A DNA stretch of 64,000 nt from Anthoceros angustus (lineage: Eukaryota; Plantae; Anthocerotophyta), in contig VJWM01000107.1 of the NCBI GenBank assembly GCA_010909165.1, positions 992,001-1,056,000 of the forward strand, written 5' to 3'. The notes under the pieces are model-generated. The model did not search any database. It had not been told where the DNA came from and was given only the letters and a program-made list of their open reading frames with translations. The translations under genes and the position numbers were made by a program. Below are positions 11,150 to 24,602 of this stretch, in pieces. The number at the start of each line of letters is the position of its first letter. Position 1 is the stretch's first letter.

Positions 11150-13334
11150 TAGTGGCAACTCTGATGACCGAGGTAAGTACCAAATCTAGGCACGAGGCCT
11201 AAGGAAGGCTGAAGAGGATATCGATGCTAACGCAGATTGAATACGCAAGACGGAAAATGGAACAGGATGCTAACCCATATATAGGCAAGAGGGAACTAAG
11301 ATACAAGAGGATACATAAATTGGTGTGTACGACCCTGCATATATAGTATCGACTTTACATATTCTCGGAAATCATTAACTCGGGCCTTGGGGGATGTGGA
11401 GATTGCTGGAACTTGGGGGCAACTGTACATGTTACGAGATGACGGGATGAAGCCATCAGTGCGATTGTGATTGGTTGCCCCGGCCTCAAAGCCTTGAATT
11501 AGAACAATCTGAATGTCCTCATAGCTATGCATCTCTGGAAACTTATGGTGAACAAGGGAGCAAGCTTTGAGATCGGAAATTATATGACATGACTCACGCA
11601 GCTTTGGCGCATCCTTCCCAATGGAAGTGCTCCTTGACTTTGGCATATGTCTTGTCAATGCCCTGGTGACCCGAAATGGGTGAATCATGCATGTCATGCA
11701 GGATGGCCTGTTCACCTCAAGTGTTGAAGGGATGACCGTCTCCTTCGATACACACAAATCACGGAGGGAATCGCTAGGTAAGTCTTTGTAGGGACCCCTG
11801 TCTGTCACATCGTCAATACTGTATCTGATTAACAAGAGGCCCAGGTCATGGGGAATTCCATCCGGACTAACTAGATTGTTTGGGACTGCATTCTCATGAG
11901 GGTGCAGGCACGCCGACTCAAGGCATCTGCAACCACATTAGTTGAGCCTGACACATACTGGATCTCCAGGTGGTAGTCTGAGCCGCCATTCATCGCCGAG
12001 CATTCAAGTTGGTGAGAAGAAATCTTTGCGAGGGTGGTGACATGTGTGACACACCACTTTCTGTCCCAGGAGGTAATGTCGCCATACTTTCAGGGCATGT
12101 GTAATGGCCGCATTTCCTTATCATGTATCGGATAGTTTAGTGTCCTTGCACCTCCTCAATGTGAACTCTTGATCAACGAGCCCATCCAACCGCTTATGCC
12201 TCTCGGCATGTGGCAATTCACCGATCTCCCTCTTCCTCTTTTGGTTCGCCATATCCGCCAACGACAACGTCCGCCTCGAGCCTCTCTTGACTCTTAGTGG
12301 CAACACTTCAAGTCCATAACTAGCCCGGCCTCCGGATCCCTACACTTCCTCTTTGCCATTAGTGGCAACTCGATGGCAGTGAAGTACCAAATCTAGGCAC
12401 GAGGCCTAAGGAAGGTCAAGAGGATATCGATGCTAACGCAGATTGAATACGCAAGGCGGAAAATGGAGCAGGATGCTAACCCATATATAGGCAAGAGGGA
12501 ACTAAGATACAAGAGGATACATAAATTGGTGTGTGCATATATAGTATCGACTTTACATATTCTAAATCATTAACTTTCGGGCCTTGGGGATGTGGAGATT
12601 GGTCGGAACTTGGGGCAAACATGTTACATATTACGAGATGACGGGATGAAGCCATCAGTCACATTGTGATTGGTTGCCCGGCCTCAAAGCCTTGAATTAG
12701 AACAATCAATGTCCTCATAGCTATGCATCTCAAAACTTATGGTGAACAAGGGAGCAAGCTTTGAGATCTATATCTGACTCACATGGCTAGCGCATCCTTC
12801 CCAATGGAAGTGCTCCTTGACTTTGGCATATGTCTTGTCAATGCCCTGGTGACCCGAAATGGGTGAATCATGCATGTCATGCAGGATGGCCTGTTTCACC
12901 TCCGTGAGCTGTGAAGGGATGACCAGTCTCCCCTTTCGATACACACAACCGTCCTGGAGGGAATACTGCTAGGTAAGTGCTGTAGGGACCCCTGTCTGTG
13001 CATCTGTCAATAGCTGTCTGTACAGTTGCAACAAGACTGGGTCATGGGGAATTCCATCCCGGACTAACTAGATTGTTTGGCGCATTCTCAGAGGGTGCGT
13101 CACGCCCGACTCAAGGCATCTGCAACCACATTAGTTGAGCCGACACATACCGGATCTCCAGTGGTAGTCGCGAGCTTGACCATCGTCATGCCGAGCATTC
13201 AAGTTGAGAGAGAAGAATCGCGGTGGTGACATGTGTGACACACCACTTCTGTCGAGAGGTAATGTCGCCATACTTTCGTGGCATGTGTAATGGCCAGCAT
13301 TTCCTTATCATGTCGGATAGTTTAGCTCCTTGCA
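10920..13334. repeat. Tandem duplication, ~1.2 kb x2, spanning the RING-HC/gypsy junction
   Basis: tccttgcacctcctcaatgtgaac starts at 10920 and 12143. The microhomology tccttgca also occurs at 13327. Confidence 0.9.
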
Positions 13335-13789
13335 ACCCCTTTCGTGGCGATTGCCCTCCCTTCTTTGGGACAAAGCCTCCCTATGGCATATCCGATGCAT
13401 CCTGTGGATGGTGTATGGCATGTGAGGATGCCACCGGCGATCGGAGCCGAGCCAAGGGGCCGTGCTCAAAAGTTGCTGACGGCCTCGGCTCAAGGATCGT
13501 ATGGCGACCCATGATGGTGGAAAGAGGAGAGGAGGAGGCAAGTGTAACTCTCTCATTGAGATGAGGCTTGGAGGGTATTTATACCCTCCGCTCCTAGGAA
13601 GCTCCACAAGAAGCCCCTAGGAAGGAGCACAAGAAGCTTCCTAGTGATTAGCTTCACCTAAACTAATGATACTTAATCGACACCTAACTTAGACTAAGTG
13701 TATTAGTCTAAGTACATTGAGCTTTAATACCCTTACAACCTCCCACTTAAAGGCCAATTTACCTTCGTAGAAGAATGGACTACCTCATG

Positions 13790-16700
13790 CCCATCGATGT
13801 CCGAGCTTGTGCAAATTGCTCGTAGAGTCCCTTGGTAAGAATATCTGCGGGGTTCGGTGTGAACCTTGACAAGTTGTACCCTCTTGTCATCCAACACCTC
13901 TCGAATGAAGTGATACTTCACATCCACATGTTTAGTCTTAGCATGAAACACTGGATTCTTTGCCAATTGGATAGCACTGGCTATCACAATGCAACAAGCG
14001 ACTCAACCTTGATCCCCAAGTCTCCCACTAAGCAGCAAGCCATATGGCTTCCTTGCAAGCCTCGATTCTTTGCAACATACTCGGCCTCTGTGGTAGATAG
14101 CGTAATGCACGCAAACGAGATCGCCATGAGATCGCCCTCCAAAGGCACGTGAAGACATAACGATGTGGACCTCCTTTTGTCCATATCCCGCATAATCATC
14201 ATGTACCCAACCACATGCATCTTCACTACCAAAACATATGCACAAAGCTTTTGTACCATTCGGATACCTCATAACTCCTTTTCGCCTCCCAATGCTTCTT
14301 GCGGGGTTTGACATAAACACGCTAACCACTCCGCAAAGGCAATGTCGGGGCGTGTAGCAATCATTGCATACATCAAACTCCCTACGGTGATGAGTATGGG
14401 ACCTTCTCCATTTCGACTTTGTCCTCCTCGAGCTTGGGCAATCCGGCAGAAAGTTTCACATATGGAGGCAATGGGTACCCAATGGCTTCCCTTCTCCATG
14501 TTGAAGCGTTGAAGCACCACGTTAATGTATTGCGAGACAAATAAAGCGACGCTTATGTCATTACGAATCGCATGCCAAGTATATGGCTCGCCTCTCCCAA
14601 GTCTGTCATTTCAAAGTGAGCATTCAACTTTGACTTCAACGAAATCTCATCGATCTGTTCCAATTAGCATATCATCCACATAGAGGATCAAAATGAGCAA
14701 GCTTTGATCCTTAGCTTGCTTTATAGAGGCAATGATCCTCATCGCTTCGTTTGTAGCCTTGAGAAAGCATAAATGAGTGGAACTTGTGATACCACTCTCT
14801 GGTGCTGTTTCAAACCATAAAGGCTCTTCCTCAACACTGCACGATGCTCTTTGCCCTTCTCAACAAAACCTTTGGTTCTTTGCATGTAGACGTCCTCTTG
14901 AAGGTCACCATGCAAGAATGCCGTCTTGACATCCATCATACAAGTTCCATATCATTCCCGCAACCAAAGCAAGAACACATCGCAAAGTTGTCATTTTGAC
15001 TACCGGTGAGAAAATCTCATCAAAGTCAATGCCTGGTTGTTGCTTGAAACCCTTAGCAACCAATCGTGCCTTGTACTTTGGTTTGCCATCAAGCGGTATG
15101 ACCTTCATCTTGTACACCCATTTGCGGTAGTGCCTTCTTATCCTAAACAGCAACCAACTCCCAAGTTTGGTTCTTATGCAATTCATTGCATGGCCTTCTC
15201 CCACTTCTCTTTGTTACTCATTGACATGGCCTCTTTGTAAGAAGAGGGTTCCCCACAATCTGTCGGTAACATAATCCGAGATGGATCATACATCGAGGTC
15301 GTGTAATCTGCGACCTCGACCCACGAGCACCTCTATAGGTGCTTGTTCGACTCTTGGTTCATCTACGGTGGAGGAATGTGCTCTGCACATTACCACGGTT
15401 ATCAACGCCCATGATGATCATGTCCATCTTCTTGGAAGATCACCCTTCGCACCTCCACGGTTGGAGTAGGCTTCCTGTGCATCTTGTTCTCATTGAAGAA
15501 CACGTCGTTAGTCTGAACAACCTTTCTAGCTTGGATCCCACAAAGCGGTATCCCATCTCACGGAATCACCATAGCCAAGAAAAATACATTTCTTGGACTT
15601 AGGTGCCAACTTGTCCCGAAACTCTTTTGGAACATGGCGGTATGCCTCACGGCCAAACACTCGCAGATGCTTGTAGGATGGTTTCTTTCGGACCATAGCT
15701 CCTCTGGAACTGCTCATCAATGACCTTATTAGGAGATCATTAATAAGATGAATGAGATGCTTACGCCCAAAACCCATTAGGCAATCGAGTTTGACAACAA
15801 ACTCGCATCCTCTCGAATGGTTACATTCATCCGCTCACACCATTTTGTGGAGGAGTATCTGGTGATCAATTCTCTTTTGATTCCTTGGAATCACAGAATG
15901 ACGAAAGCTTTGAAACATACTCTCCACCATTATCGTCCTTAGACACTTCAATCGGTGGATGATTCTCTACAAGGGTGACAAATTTACGAAACCGTCGAAC
16001 TTCATCCTTTTTCCTCAAAGGATAAACCCACACCTTGCGTGAGAAATCATCTATGAAAGTGACAAAATAGGAGGCACCGCCTAATGATGCGATGCATAGG
16101 TCCACATACATCACGTGAACCAACTCAAGAGGTTTACTCCTACTTTTACCTCTTGTTCGATGTGATGATTTTGTCATTTCCCATATAAAGTGCTCACACA
16201 TCGAGATCGAGAAGTTAAACAGGATATAACGAGCGAGATAAAACCTTCATTCCCTTGAGACATATGTCCTAAGCAATGCCACAAGGAAACATTTGGTCTG
16301 TCACGATCACATGATCTTTGGATGTTTACAAGTGAGTACAAAGTGCCACACTTGATCCACGAGCTAACACAAGAGAACCTTTGGAGATCTTCCAAGAGTG
16401 ATCCCCAAAACCGGTGGTAACGGCGTCATGCATCACGCCTAACGTCCTTGATGAATGAAGATCCGTTGTCAAACTTGAGTTGCACATCACCTCGCTGCGA
16501 TCGGCATGCATAGTTATTTCCAAGCCTAACGCATCCTTTCCTTGTAGCATCATACGTGCTAAACCACTCTCTATGAGGAGTAACATGGAAAGATGCACCA
16601 GAATCAATTATCCAATTGCAGAATAAATGACTATCCACTACTAATTGTGCAAGATTCAAGTAAGAAGAGATAAGGACATCTCCGTCCTCACGAGTTTAAC

Positions 16701-18426
16701 TCTTCCAACTTGAGAAGTCGCCTTCTTGTCGTCTGCTTCTTCTCTTTTCCTTGGTCCTTTTGAACTTCTCGCACTCTCTTTTGAAGTGACCCCTTTTGTG
16801 ACAATAGTGACACTCCACATTCTTATTACGACTACGAGATTTGCTACGAGAAAAGCTTCTCCGGTTGCTTCCCCTTGGAATCACGGAATGGCTGAAAGCT
16901 TTAAACATACTCCACCATTATCGTCCTTAGACACTTCAATCGGTGGATTCTCTACAAGGGTGACAAATTTACGAAACTCGAACTTCATCCTTTTTCCTCA
17001 AAGGATAAACCCACACCTTGCGTGAGAAATCATCTATGAAAGTGACAAAATAGGAGGCACCGCCTAATGATGCGGTAAGGCATAGGTCCACATACATCAC
17101 TGTGAACCAACTCAAGAGGTTTACTCCTACTTTTACCTCTTGTTCGATGTGATGATTTTGTCTGTTTCCCATATAAACAGTGCTCACACATCGAGAGATC
17201 AGAGAAGTTAAACAGGATATAACCAGACTGAGATAAAACCTTCATTCCCTTGAGACATATGTCCTAAGCAATGCCACAAGGAAACATTTGGTGCTCTGTC
17301 ACACGATCACATGATCTTTGGATGTTTACAGAAGTGAGTACAAAGTGCCACACTTGATCCACGAGCTAACACAAGAGAACCTTTGGAGATCTTCCAAGAG
17401 TGATCCCCAAAACCGGTGGTAAGATCATCTGTATCATGCTAACGTCCTTGACATGAATGAAGATCCGTTGTCAAACTTGAGTTGCACATCACCTCGCTGC
17501 GATCGCATGCGTAGTTATTTCCAAGCCTAACGCATCCTTTCCTTGTAGCATCATACGTGCTAAACCACTCTATGAGGAGTAACATGGAAAGATGCACGAG
17601 TCAATTATCCAATTGCAGAATAAATGACTATCCACTTGTGCGGATTCAAGTAAGAAGAGATAAGGACATCTCCGTCCTCAGCAGTTTAACTCTTCCAACT
17701 GACAGTCGCCTTCTTGTCGTCTGCTTCTTCTCTTTTCCTTGGTCCTTTTGAACTTCTCACTCTCTTTTGAAGTGACCCCTTTTGTGACAATAGTGACACT
17801 CCACATTCTTATTACGAGATTTGCTACGAGAAAAGCTTCTGTCCGGTTGCTTCCCCTTCGCAGTGGACCTCCCTCTCACTATGAGGGCACTTTGGAACCT
17901 TTGGAAGGTTCCATGTTTTTCCTGTTCACCTCCTCAGTTAACAGGCTACCTTCTACATTTACAATGGTAAGACCACTAGGAGTACTCGAGTCTGCGAAGG
18001 TGTCCCAACTCTCGTAATGTGACCAACAAAACATAGCTCTCACGGAATCAGAATGTGATACCTTGAGATGAGATGGCTGAAAATGGTATTGAAATCATTC
18101 GGATGATCGGACATCCTCGTCCCTTCCTTCATCTTCAAGTCCACCAAGTTTCAACCAATACACGAAGCCGCACTTTGCTTCTCATCTGAGTCACACCACC
18201 CCATCCGTAACTCGTGGTCTTATCTTTCACATTGAAGTACACTTTTTGACAATGTTAGCATGATAGTAGATCTAGCAAGCTCATCCAGTCCGCCACTCAT
18301 CACATGTGTCATACTATACGGTTTGGCCTAACAACTTTATGGGCTTGATCCGCTCGCACTAGAACATTATACACTTGTTCTTTCCGAGCGGAAGTTAGTA
18401 CCATCTAACTTCTCGATATTGAACAT
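13790..18426 (-). CDS. gag-pol: Copia gag-pol polyprotein (frameshifted)
   Basis: FNIEKLDGTN, Zn knuckle CHYCHKRGHFKREC, WIIDSGASFHVTPH, LWHCLGHMS, FVTFIDDFSRKVWVY, YKARLVAKGF, DVKTAFLHGDL, ILYVDDML, FHAKTKHVDVKYHFIRE. Confidence 0.92.
15880..17858. repeat. Tandem duplication, ~990 bp x2, inside the copia (protease to integrase)
   Basis: ccttggaatcac...aaagcttt starts at 15883 and 16873. Both copies end ccggttgcttcccctt. Confidence 0.9.
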
Positions 18427-18589
18427 GACGTTTTCGATGATGAAGACATCATGACTCAAAAATCGATCTGAGAGAAAACACTCGACTCGCCTTGTCGGAA
18501 AAGTCAAAGAAGAAAATCACCGTGCGGCCCGTGTATTTTGCGTTATTTCCACCGATATTCGAATATTTCGGCAAATTTTACGCTTGTCG

Positions 18590-19900
18590 TGACGACCGCG
18601 CTGCGCTCGCGATGCTGGCAGCGTCACGGCGATCTTTGCGCTGCGGCTGCGGCTGCCAGCCACCCGCGCGCGCCACGCCGCGCCACCGCGCCAGCGCCAC
18701 CGCCGCGCCCGCAGCGCCGCCGCGCGCACGGCCACGCCACGCGCGCACGCGCGTCTGCAACCACGGCCGCGCCCGCCCAGCGCACCGCGCTGCAACCCAC
18801 AGCCGCGCCACCGGCGCACCGCGTGCCGCAGCCCGCAACCCGCGCCACCTTGGCGCTGCCGCCACGGCTGCAACCACAGCCGCGCTGCGCAGCGCCCGCG
18901 CCCGCGTGCAACGCCACGCGCCCGCCAGCGCCACCGCCCGTCTGCAGCCACACCACGCTGCGCAGCGGCGCACCGCTGCAGCCACGGCCGCGCCCGCGCG
19001 GCGCACCGCGCGCTGCAACCCACCAGCCGCGCGCACCGCGCACCGCGCGCGCACGCGGCCGCGCCACGCGGCGCACCGCGCTGCGCCACGGCCGCGCGCA
19101 CCGCGCCACGCGGCGCACAGCATGCAACGCTACCGCGCCACGCGGCGCACAGCTGGCAGCCCACGCGCCCGCGCCACGCGGCGCACCGCGCGCGCCGCCA
19201 CGGCCGCCAGCGGCGCCGCCGCGCGTGCAGCCGCGCCACGCCACGCGCGCACCGCGTGCTGCAGCCGGCCGCGCAGCAGCGCACCGCTGCGTGCAGCCCG
19301 GCCGCGCCACGCGCGCACCGCTGCGTGCAGCCACAGCCGCGCCCACAGCGCCGCGCCCGCAGCGCCGCGCCGCAGCGCCACCGCGCCCGCAGCCGCGCGC
19401 CCGCAGCGCCGCCGCGCCACGGCCGCGCGCCAGCGCCACCGCGCCACAGCCGCGCCACAGCCGCGCCACGGCCCGCGCCACCGCGCCACAGCCGCGCGCC
19501 CGCGCCACCGCCGCGCGCCACGCCGCGCCACCGCGCCACAGCCGCGCCACAGCCGCGCCTGCAGCCACGGCCGCGCGCTGCAGCCCGCAGCGCCGCGCGC
19601 TGCGCCACGCGCCCGCGCACCGCGCGCCACGCGGCGCCGCGCCACGCGGCGCGCGCCGCGCGGCGCCGCGCCCGCGCGGCGCCGCCGCGCGCCCGCGCGC
19701 GCGCGCCACGCGGCCGCGCGCTGCAGCCGCGCCACCGCGCGGCGCCGCGCGCCACGCGGCGCCGCGCCCGCGCCACCCGCGGCGCGCGTCCGCCGGCCTC
19801 CACGGCCAGGCCTACATGACGGCGGCTACGTTGTGCCGAGCTTGCGGCTCGCCCGCTCACGGCTGCTGCGGCGTTCGCAGCCCTCGCGCGATGTGGATCA
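18590..19900. repeat. Extremely GC-rich, low-complexity degenerate repeat tract in the copia 5' leader
   Basis: A mosaic of cgcgccac, ctgcagccac, gcgcaccgcg and ggccgcgc. The + strand is T-poor. Confidence 0.9.
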
Positions 19901-20264
19901 CCGCAAATTAACCGCGCTCGCCATCCACTGCAACTAGAAAATTCTAGCATCACAACACAACTGGACCAAGGCTCGATGCGGTTGAAGGATCGATGTGGCA
20001 CCCATGATGGTGGAAAGAGGAGAGGAGGAGGAGGCAAGTAACTCTCTCATTGAGATGAGGCTTTGAGGTATTTATACCCTCCAGGCTCCCTAAGCTCCAC
20101 AAGAAGCCCCTAGGAAGGAGCATAAGAAGCTCCTAGTGATTAGCTTAAGTACAAACTAATGATACTTAACTGACACCTAACTTAGACTAAGTGTATTAGT
20201 CTAAGTACATTGGGCTTTAGTACCCTTACAGGCTCCCAGCTGGATGGGCTTGTTTGTGGAATGC

Positions 20265-21188
20265 TTAAGGGCATCCGTCAGGGGTACAGCGATCCTGCTG
20301 AATCCCTTGATAAGGCGCCTGTAGAAGCCGGCCATACCCAGGAACCCTCTGAGCTGGGTTATGTCCTGTGGTAAGGGCCAGTTCGTCACTGCGCTGACCT
20401 TGCGTGTCAACCTTGATGCCCTCTGCACTGATCACATGGCCCAGGTATTCATCTCTCATGAAGACGCACTTGCTTCTCTTGGCTAACAGTTTGTTGGCTC
20501 GCAGCAAGTCCAACACCTTCCTAACCAGCTGGAGATGTGTTTCAGGGTCAGGGGTGTAGATGAGAATGTCATCTAGGAAGACTTCAACGCCATGTCCCAG
20601 CAAGGGCCGCAGCACTTCCTGCATGAGACACTGGAAGGTGGCAGGAGCATTGGTAAGACCAAACGGCATTACCCTGAATTCGAAATGTCCATGTCGAGTT
20701 CGAAAGGCTGTCTTGTGTTCATCTCCTGACCTAATTCGGATCTGGTGGAAACCAGATCTGAGATCAATCTTGATGAACAGCTTGGCTCCATGCAGCTGGT
20801 CGAGGATCTCGTCAATCCTTGGCATCTGGTAGACATTCCTCACGGTGGCTCGATTGAGCCCTCGATAATTTATGCACAGTCGCCATCCTCCATGTGGCTT
20901 GGCAACTAAGAGGACTGGAGCACCAAAGGGGGACAAAGAAGGTTGTACAAAACCTTTTTGTAAGAACTCATCGACCTGTTTCTTGATCTCCTCGTTTTCC
21001 ATTGTAGATGTCCTGTAGGGCTGGATACTAACCGGTTTGTGGCCTAGTAGCAGCTCAATGGCATGGTCCACGGGTCTTTGAGGGGGGAGCTCTGTGAGTT
21101 CAACAAACACGTCCTGGTACTCCCGGAGCAGTTCCTTCATAGACTGTGGTAACTGGTCCTCGTGGGCCTTGTCAGGCCCTTGACTCAA
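20265..21188 (-). CDS. pol: Gypsy reverse transcriptase (part of pol)
   Basis: QPSLSPFGAPVLLVAKPHGGWRLCINYRGLN, KIDLRSGFHQIRI, KTAFRT, VMPFGLTNAPATFQ, VFLDDILIY. Confidence 0.95.
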   Translation of the reverse strand: MSQGPDKAHEDQLPQSMKELLREYQDVFVELTELPPQRPVDHAIELLLGHKPVSIQPYRTSTMENEEIKKQVDEFLQKGFVQPSLSPFGAPVLLVAKPHGGWRLCINYRGLNRATVRNVYQMPRIDEILDQLHGAKLFIKIDLRSGFHQIRIRSGDEHKTAFRTRHGHFEFRVMPFGLTNAPATFQCLMQEVLRPLLGHGVEVFLDDILIYTPDPETHLQLVRKVLDLLRANKLLAKRSKCVFMRDEYLGHVISAEGIKVDTQGQRSDELALTTGHNPAQRVPGYGRLLQAPYQGIQQDRCTPDGCP

Positions 21189-22051
21189 AAGGTTTCTAAG
21201 GAAGCACCTTCTTGAGCTTTGCTATATGTGAATCGCCCATGGCGCTGTTGCTTTATTAAGCGAGACAACAAAGCTGTTGCTTGTCGAGGTATTGCTCTCG
21301 CATGACGAGAGGTCTTGTGGTCTTGCAAGAGGTGGATGATGTTCTTCTTCCAGTCTACCTCCAGCTGATCCGAGTGACTGGCTAACCAAGGCTTGCCTAT
21401 GATCAGGTCATGGCGGGCGAGGCATCACCCGCCTTGAGAACCTCCTTGAACCCACCTGGAAAGGTAAGCTCTGCTTTCGTCCACTGTTCTCTACTTGTCT
21501 CCTTCTCGCCTAGGGCTGTGATCACTGTGGAGACGACTGTGTCTGATCGAGCCAGCTCTTTCTACAGCTTTGACACATAATGATGACTGGCCCCAAAGTC
21601 AAGCAACCCTGTGGCCCGGACTCCGGCTAATGACACCTCAAGTTTGATAGGTATGTGAGCTAGCTAGCATGCAGCAACTGATCCGGGTTTACATGCAGGA
21701 TCAAGGATGGCAGCAGCTAGAGTGGGTTCACTAACCTCTGTGAGGATTATGGCGTGTCCGCTCTTGACAGGGGCTGGGAGGCGCCGCTCCTAGTGGACTT
21801 GCCTGTCTCCTTCAGCCAGCTTATGAAGTCCCTCCTGAAAGGGCAGGATTTCGAGCCATGACCGGACGCTGAGCAGGTAAAGCATTTCCTGGCCTTCTTG
21901 TAGTCCTCCTTCTCTTCCTCCGTGAGGATTCTGAAGGTTGGCTTCTTCTCTGTGGCGTTGGCAGACTTGCTCCACTTGGGCTTGGGAGGGACTGTTGAGG
22001 AGAGATGCTTGTACTTGTTGGTGCCATAGTTGATGGCCGCCTTCATGGCCT

Positions 22052-22950
22052 CCACCAGGGTTGTAGGGTTCGTCTGGTTCACGTCTGCCCTCATCTCGAA
22101 CTTCAACCCATCTATGAACTTCTCGATTTTCTGCTCCTCATCCAACCTAGGCATGTCAAGTGTAAGTTGTAAGAACTTGTCAAAGATTTTGAATTGTGCC
22201 TTGTTGGAAAATCTTCGGCGGCCGACACAGTCCTGCGGTGGTTCACCGCAAGGTGAAGATCTGTCGAAGGCGGCCAAGAGATCGGGGACTCCATGCCGAG
22301 GTCGACTTGCTTCTCCCGCTGGCGCCACCATCGGTAAGCATACCCCTCCAGTGACATGACGCAGAACTGGATCTTCTGCAAATCACCTTTGTCAGAAGCA
22401 GCAAGATACTTGTGAATCTTGTCTAACCAGTCGTGGACGCTCTGGGCATCCTTGGCTCCTCCATCGAAGGTAGTTGTCTTGATTTTCGGTGGAGCTCCTT
22501 GTCCACCGGGGTTGTAGGGTTCGTCTGGGTTCACGTCGCCTCATCTCGAACTTCAACCCATCTATGAACTTCTCGATTCGCTCCTCATCCAACTAGGCAT
22601 GTCAAGTGTAAGTTGTAAGAACTTGTCACAGTACTCTTGAATTGTGCCTTGTTGGAAAATCTTCACGGCGTCTGGTCCTTGCGGTGGTTCCTTGGCGAGC
22701 TCAAGGAAGATCTCTGTCGAAGGCTGGCCAAGAGTAGAGGGGACTCCATGCCGAGGTCGACTTGCTTCTCCGGGCGCCACCATCGGTAAGCATACCTCCG
22801 ATGACATGGCCTTGAGCTGGATCTTCGCAAATCACCTTTGTCGAGCGAAGAAGATACTTGTGAATCTTGTCTAACCGATCGTGGGGCCTGGCATCCTTGG
22901 CTCCTCCATCGAAGGTAGTTGTCTTGATTTTCGGTGGAGCTCCTTGTCCA
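22052..22950. repeat. Tandem duplication, ~450 bp x2, in gypsy gag
   Basis: ccacc(a/g)gggttgtagggttcgtctgg starts at 22052 and 22503. Confidence 0.9.
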
Positions 22951-24208
22951 AGGGGCTGGGTTTGAACTAGTATTCTCACCTTCTTGAGCTTATTTGTTGG
23001 ATTTTCCCCTGGTTCTCCCAAAGGCTCGACCTCATCACCGCAGCGCTGACCATGGCCTTGAGATCTTTGTTGTCCTTCTCGCTAGGTAAGAGTTCCACGA
23101 CCAGCCTTTTCGGTTCCTCGCTCACATGCTCAAGTCACGTTCGCTAGGAAGCGTGCCCCACTTCCTTCCCCCCTCCGGCTGACCCGGGGTGCCAAGGGGG
23201 TCGATGGTGCGTGCCCTCGGTGACTCTGTGGGCTGGATGTTTTGGCGGTGAGGGAGGTAAAGGCCACAGGGTGATGATCGCTCCGGATCCGGAGCACACA
23301 CCCTCCGGTACCCAGCACGATCCCCCTCCCCACTTGGGCTTGAGCTTGATGGACCTCGACCTTCCGAGTTCTTGGCGTTGGCGGAGAGGAGTTGCGCAAC
23401 TCCTCACAGTGAGTTCCACCCGTGGGTCCTCCCTCCAGCCGCAGAGGCATTCTCCGCTAACTCCTCCTCTGGCGGGTCCTGGCCTCCTGTGGATGCAGGT
23501 GGTTGGGGCCCGCTCATTCCACCTCTCGGTCGCCTCGCCCGGATTCGGGCGAGTTTTCGGCGGCAGCTGCGGTTCAGTCCGATTGCCCCTACCACCGGCG
23601 GAACTTCCGCCTCCAGCTGGGCTTGGAGAAGGTGCAGGAGTTCCCGGCGTCGCCTCCTTGCCCCTTCCGTCTTCGTGGGCTCCTCGACTCGCGCCTGGGT
23701 TGAAGTGAGGCGCCCGTCCTGGGAATTTCGGGAAAGATGGCGCGCCCGTCGGCGGACCCGATCTCCGATTCCCTCAAGTGGGTGCTCCTCTTCGCTTCCA
23801 CTGGAAATCTGCCGGTCCACCTCCGAAGACAAGAGGTAATCGCTCATGCTGCTGGCTAGTCTGTGCGTGAATTTCAGGTGTCCTATCCCTTGGGGACGTC
23901 GCTAACCACCTGATTGTGTGTTGTCTCAGGTTTCCCCAACCGTTGGCGTCTCCGATCCTACCCAGCGCGGTTGGTCAGCCACGCCAGTGGATGCACCTGC
24001 CTCCCTGCACACAATCGGCCGGGGCGCCGGCCTGATTGCTCCTTGGCGACCCGATCTTGGTCGGGATTCGTCCCCTCCGCTGCGCCAGGGGCTCCTGAAT
24101 CGTGGGAGCCTCCTTCCTGTCATACGGCTGAGCCTAGCCTCAGCGATCCTGTCCGCCGATCCCAGATCCGGTGCGGGGCCCGGAATCGCGATGGCTCGAT
24201 ACCACAGA

Positions 24209-24602
24209 TGCTAAGACCGTACAAGCTAGCTTAGTGGAGATAGGATGGTTTTCATTCATTGTGATCGGGTTTTTATACATGTGCTAGGGACTGGCCAAGA
24301 AGTAGGCGTCCCTGCCCAACAACTAGGGTTGTCGGGCCGTTAAAGGTTTGTTAAAGTTAGTTTTCCCTAAGTAAAATACTTAATCCCTGTTTAGCGGCTA
24401 CTTAATCTAGGGTTATTTACCGATTCGACTTAACGTCTACACAAAGTTAGGTTCGTCCAAAAGTCGTCTTCAACCTTTGTTATACTTTGCTGCGATTTTC
24501 GTTAGGTACCTTCTGGGTCGGTTCCTACCGCCTCGTCCGGCTATGGCCGGAGGCGCTTTTCCGATAGCTACACACAGATCGGCCATTGTTGTGCGTGTGT
24601 CA
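24209..24602 (-). repeat. 5' LTR of the truncated gypsy element
   Basis: tgctaag at 24209 follows the PBS, and gtgtca ends at 24602, after which the RING-unit sequence resumes. Confidence 0.7.

Larger units (their letters stand above)
13490..20230 (-). mobile_element. Complete Ty1/copia (Tnt1-like) retrotransposon nested in gypsy pol
   Basis: ~248 bp LTRs at 13490-13737 and 19983-20230. PPT (acctcccact) at 13738 and a garbled PBS at 19971. GGCTC flanks both ends, allowing for a 2-bp error at the left LTR start, and the gypsy RT/RNase H reading joins across the insertion. Confidence 0.92.
11586..24602 (-). mobile_element. Ty3/gypsy LTR retrotransposon, 3'-truncated within integrase and split by a nested copia
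   Basis: 5' LTR 24209-24602 (TG...CA) and PBS 24194-24204. Gag ~23847-21750 (KTTTFDGGAKD, CFTCSASGHGSKSC), protease LLDFGASHH ~21600, RT 20265-21188 (VFLDDILIY). RNase H continues at 13489-13150 and the integrase Zn finger (HDSPISGHQGIDKTY) is at ~11600-11720. No 3' LTR. Confidence 0.88.

Noticed and set aside
18492-20037. Long ORFs of 360-506 aa on both strands (Ala/Arg/Pro-rich)
   Set aside because: They result from a GC-rich, low-complexity tract lacking stop codons, are open in many frames at once, and show no domain signal.
13490-20230. Dating insertions from LTR-LTR differences
   Set aside because: The differences are mostly indels at error-prone contexts, so any age would be spurious.
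23130-24234. Multiple overlapping GC-rich ORFs as separate genes
   Set aside because: They are best explained as the long N-terminal part of gypsy gag (minus strand from ~23847) and its shadow frames.
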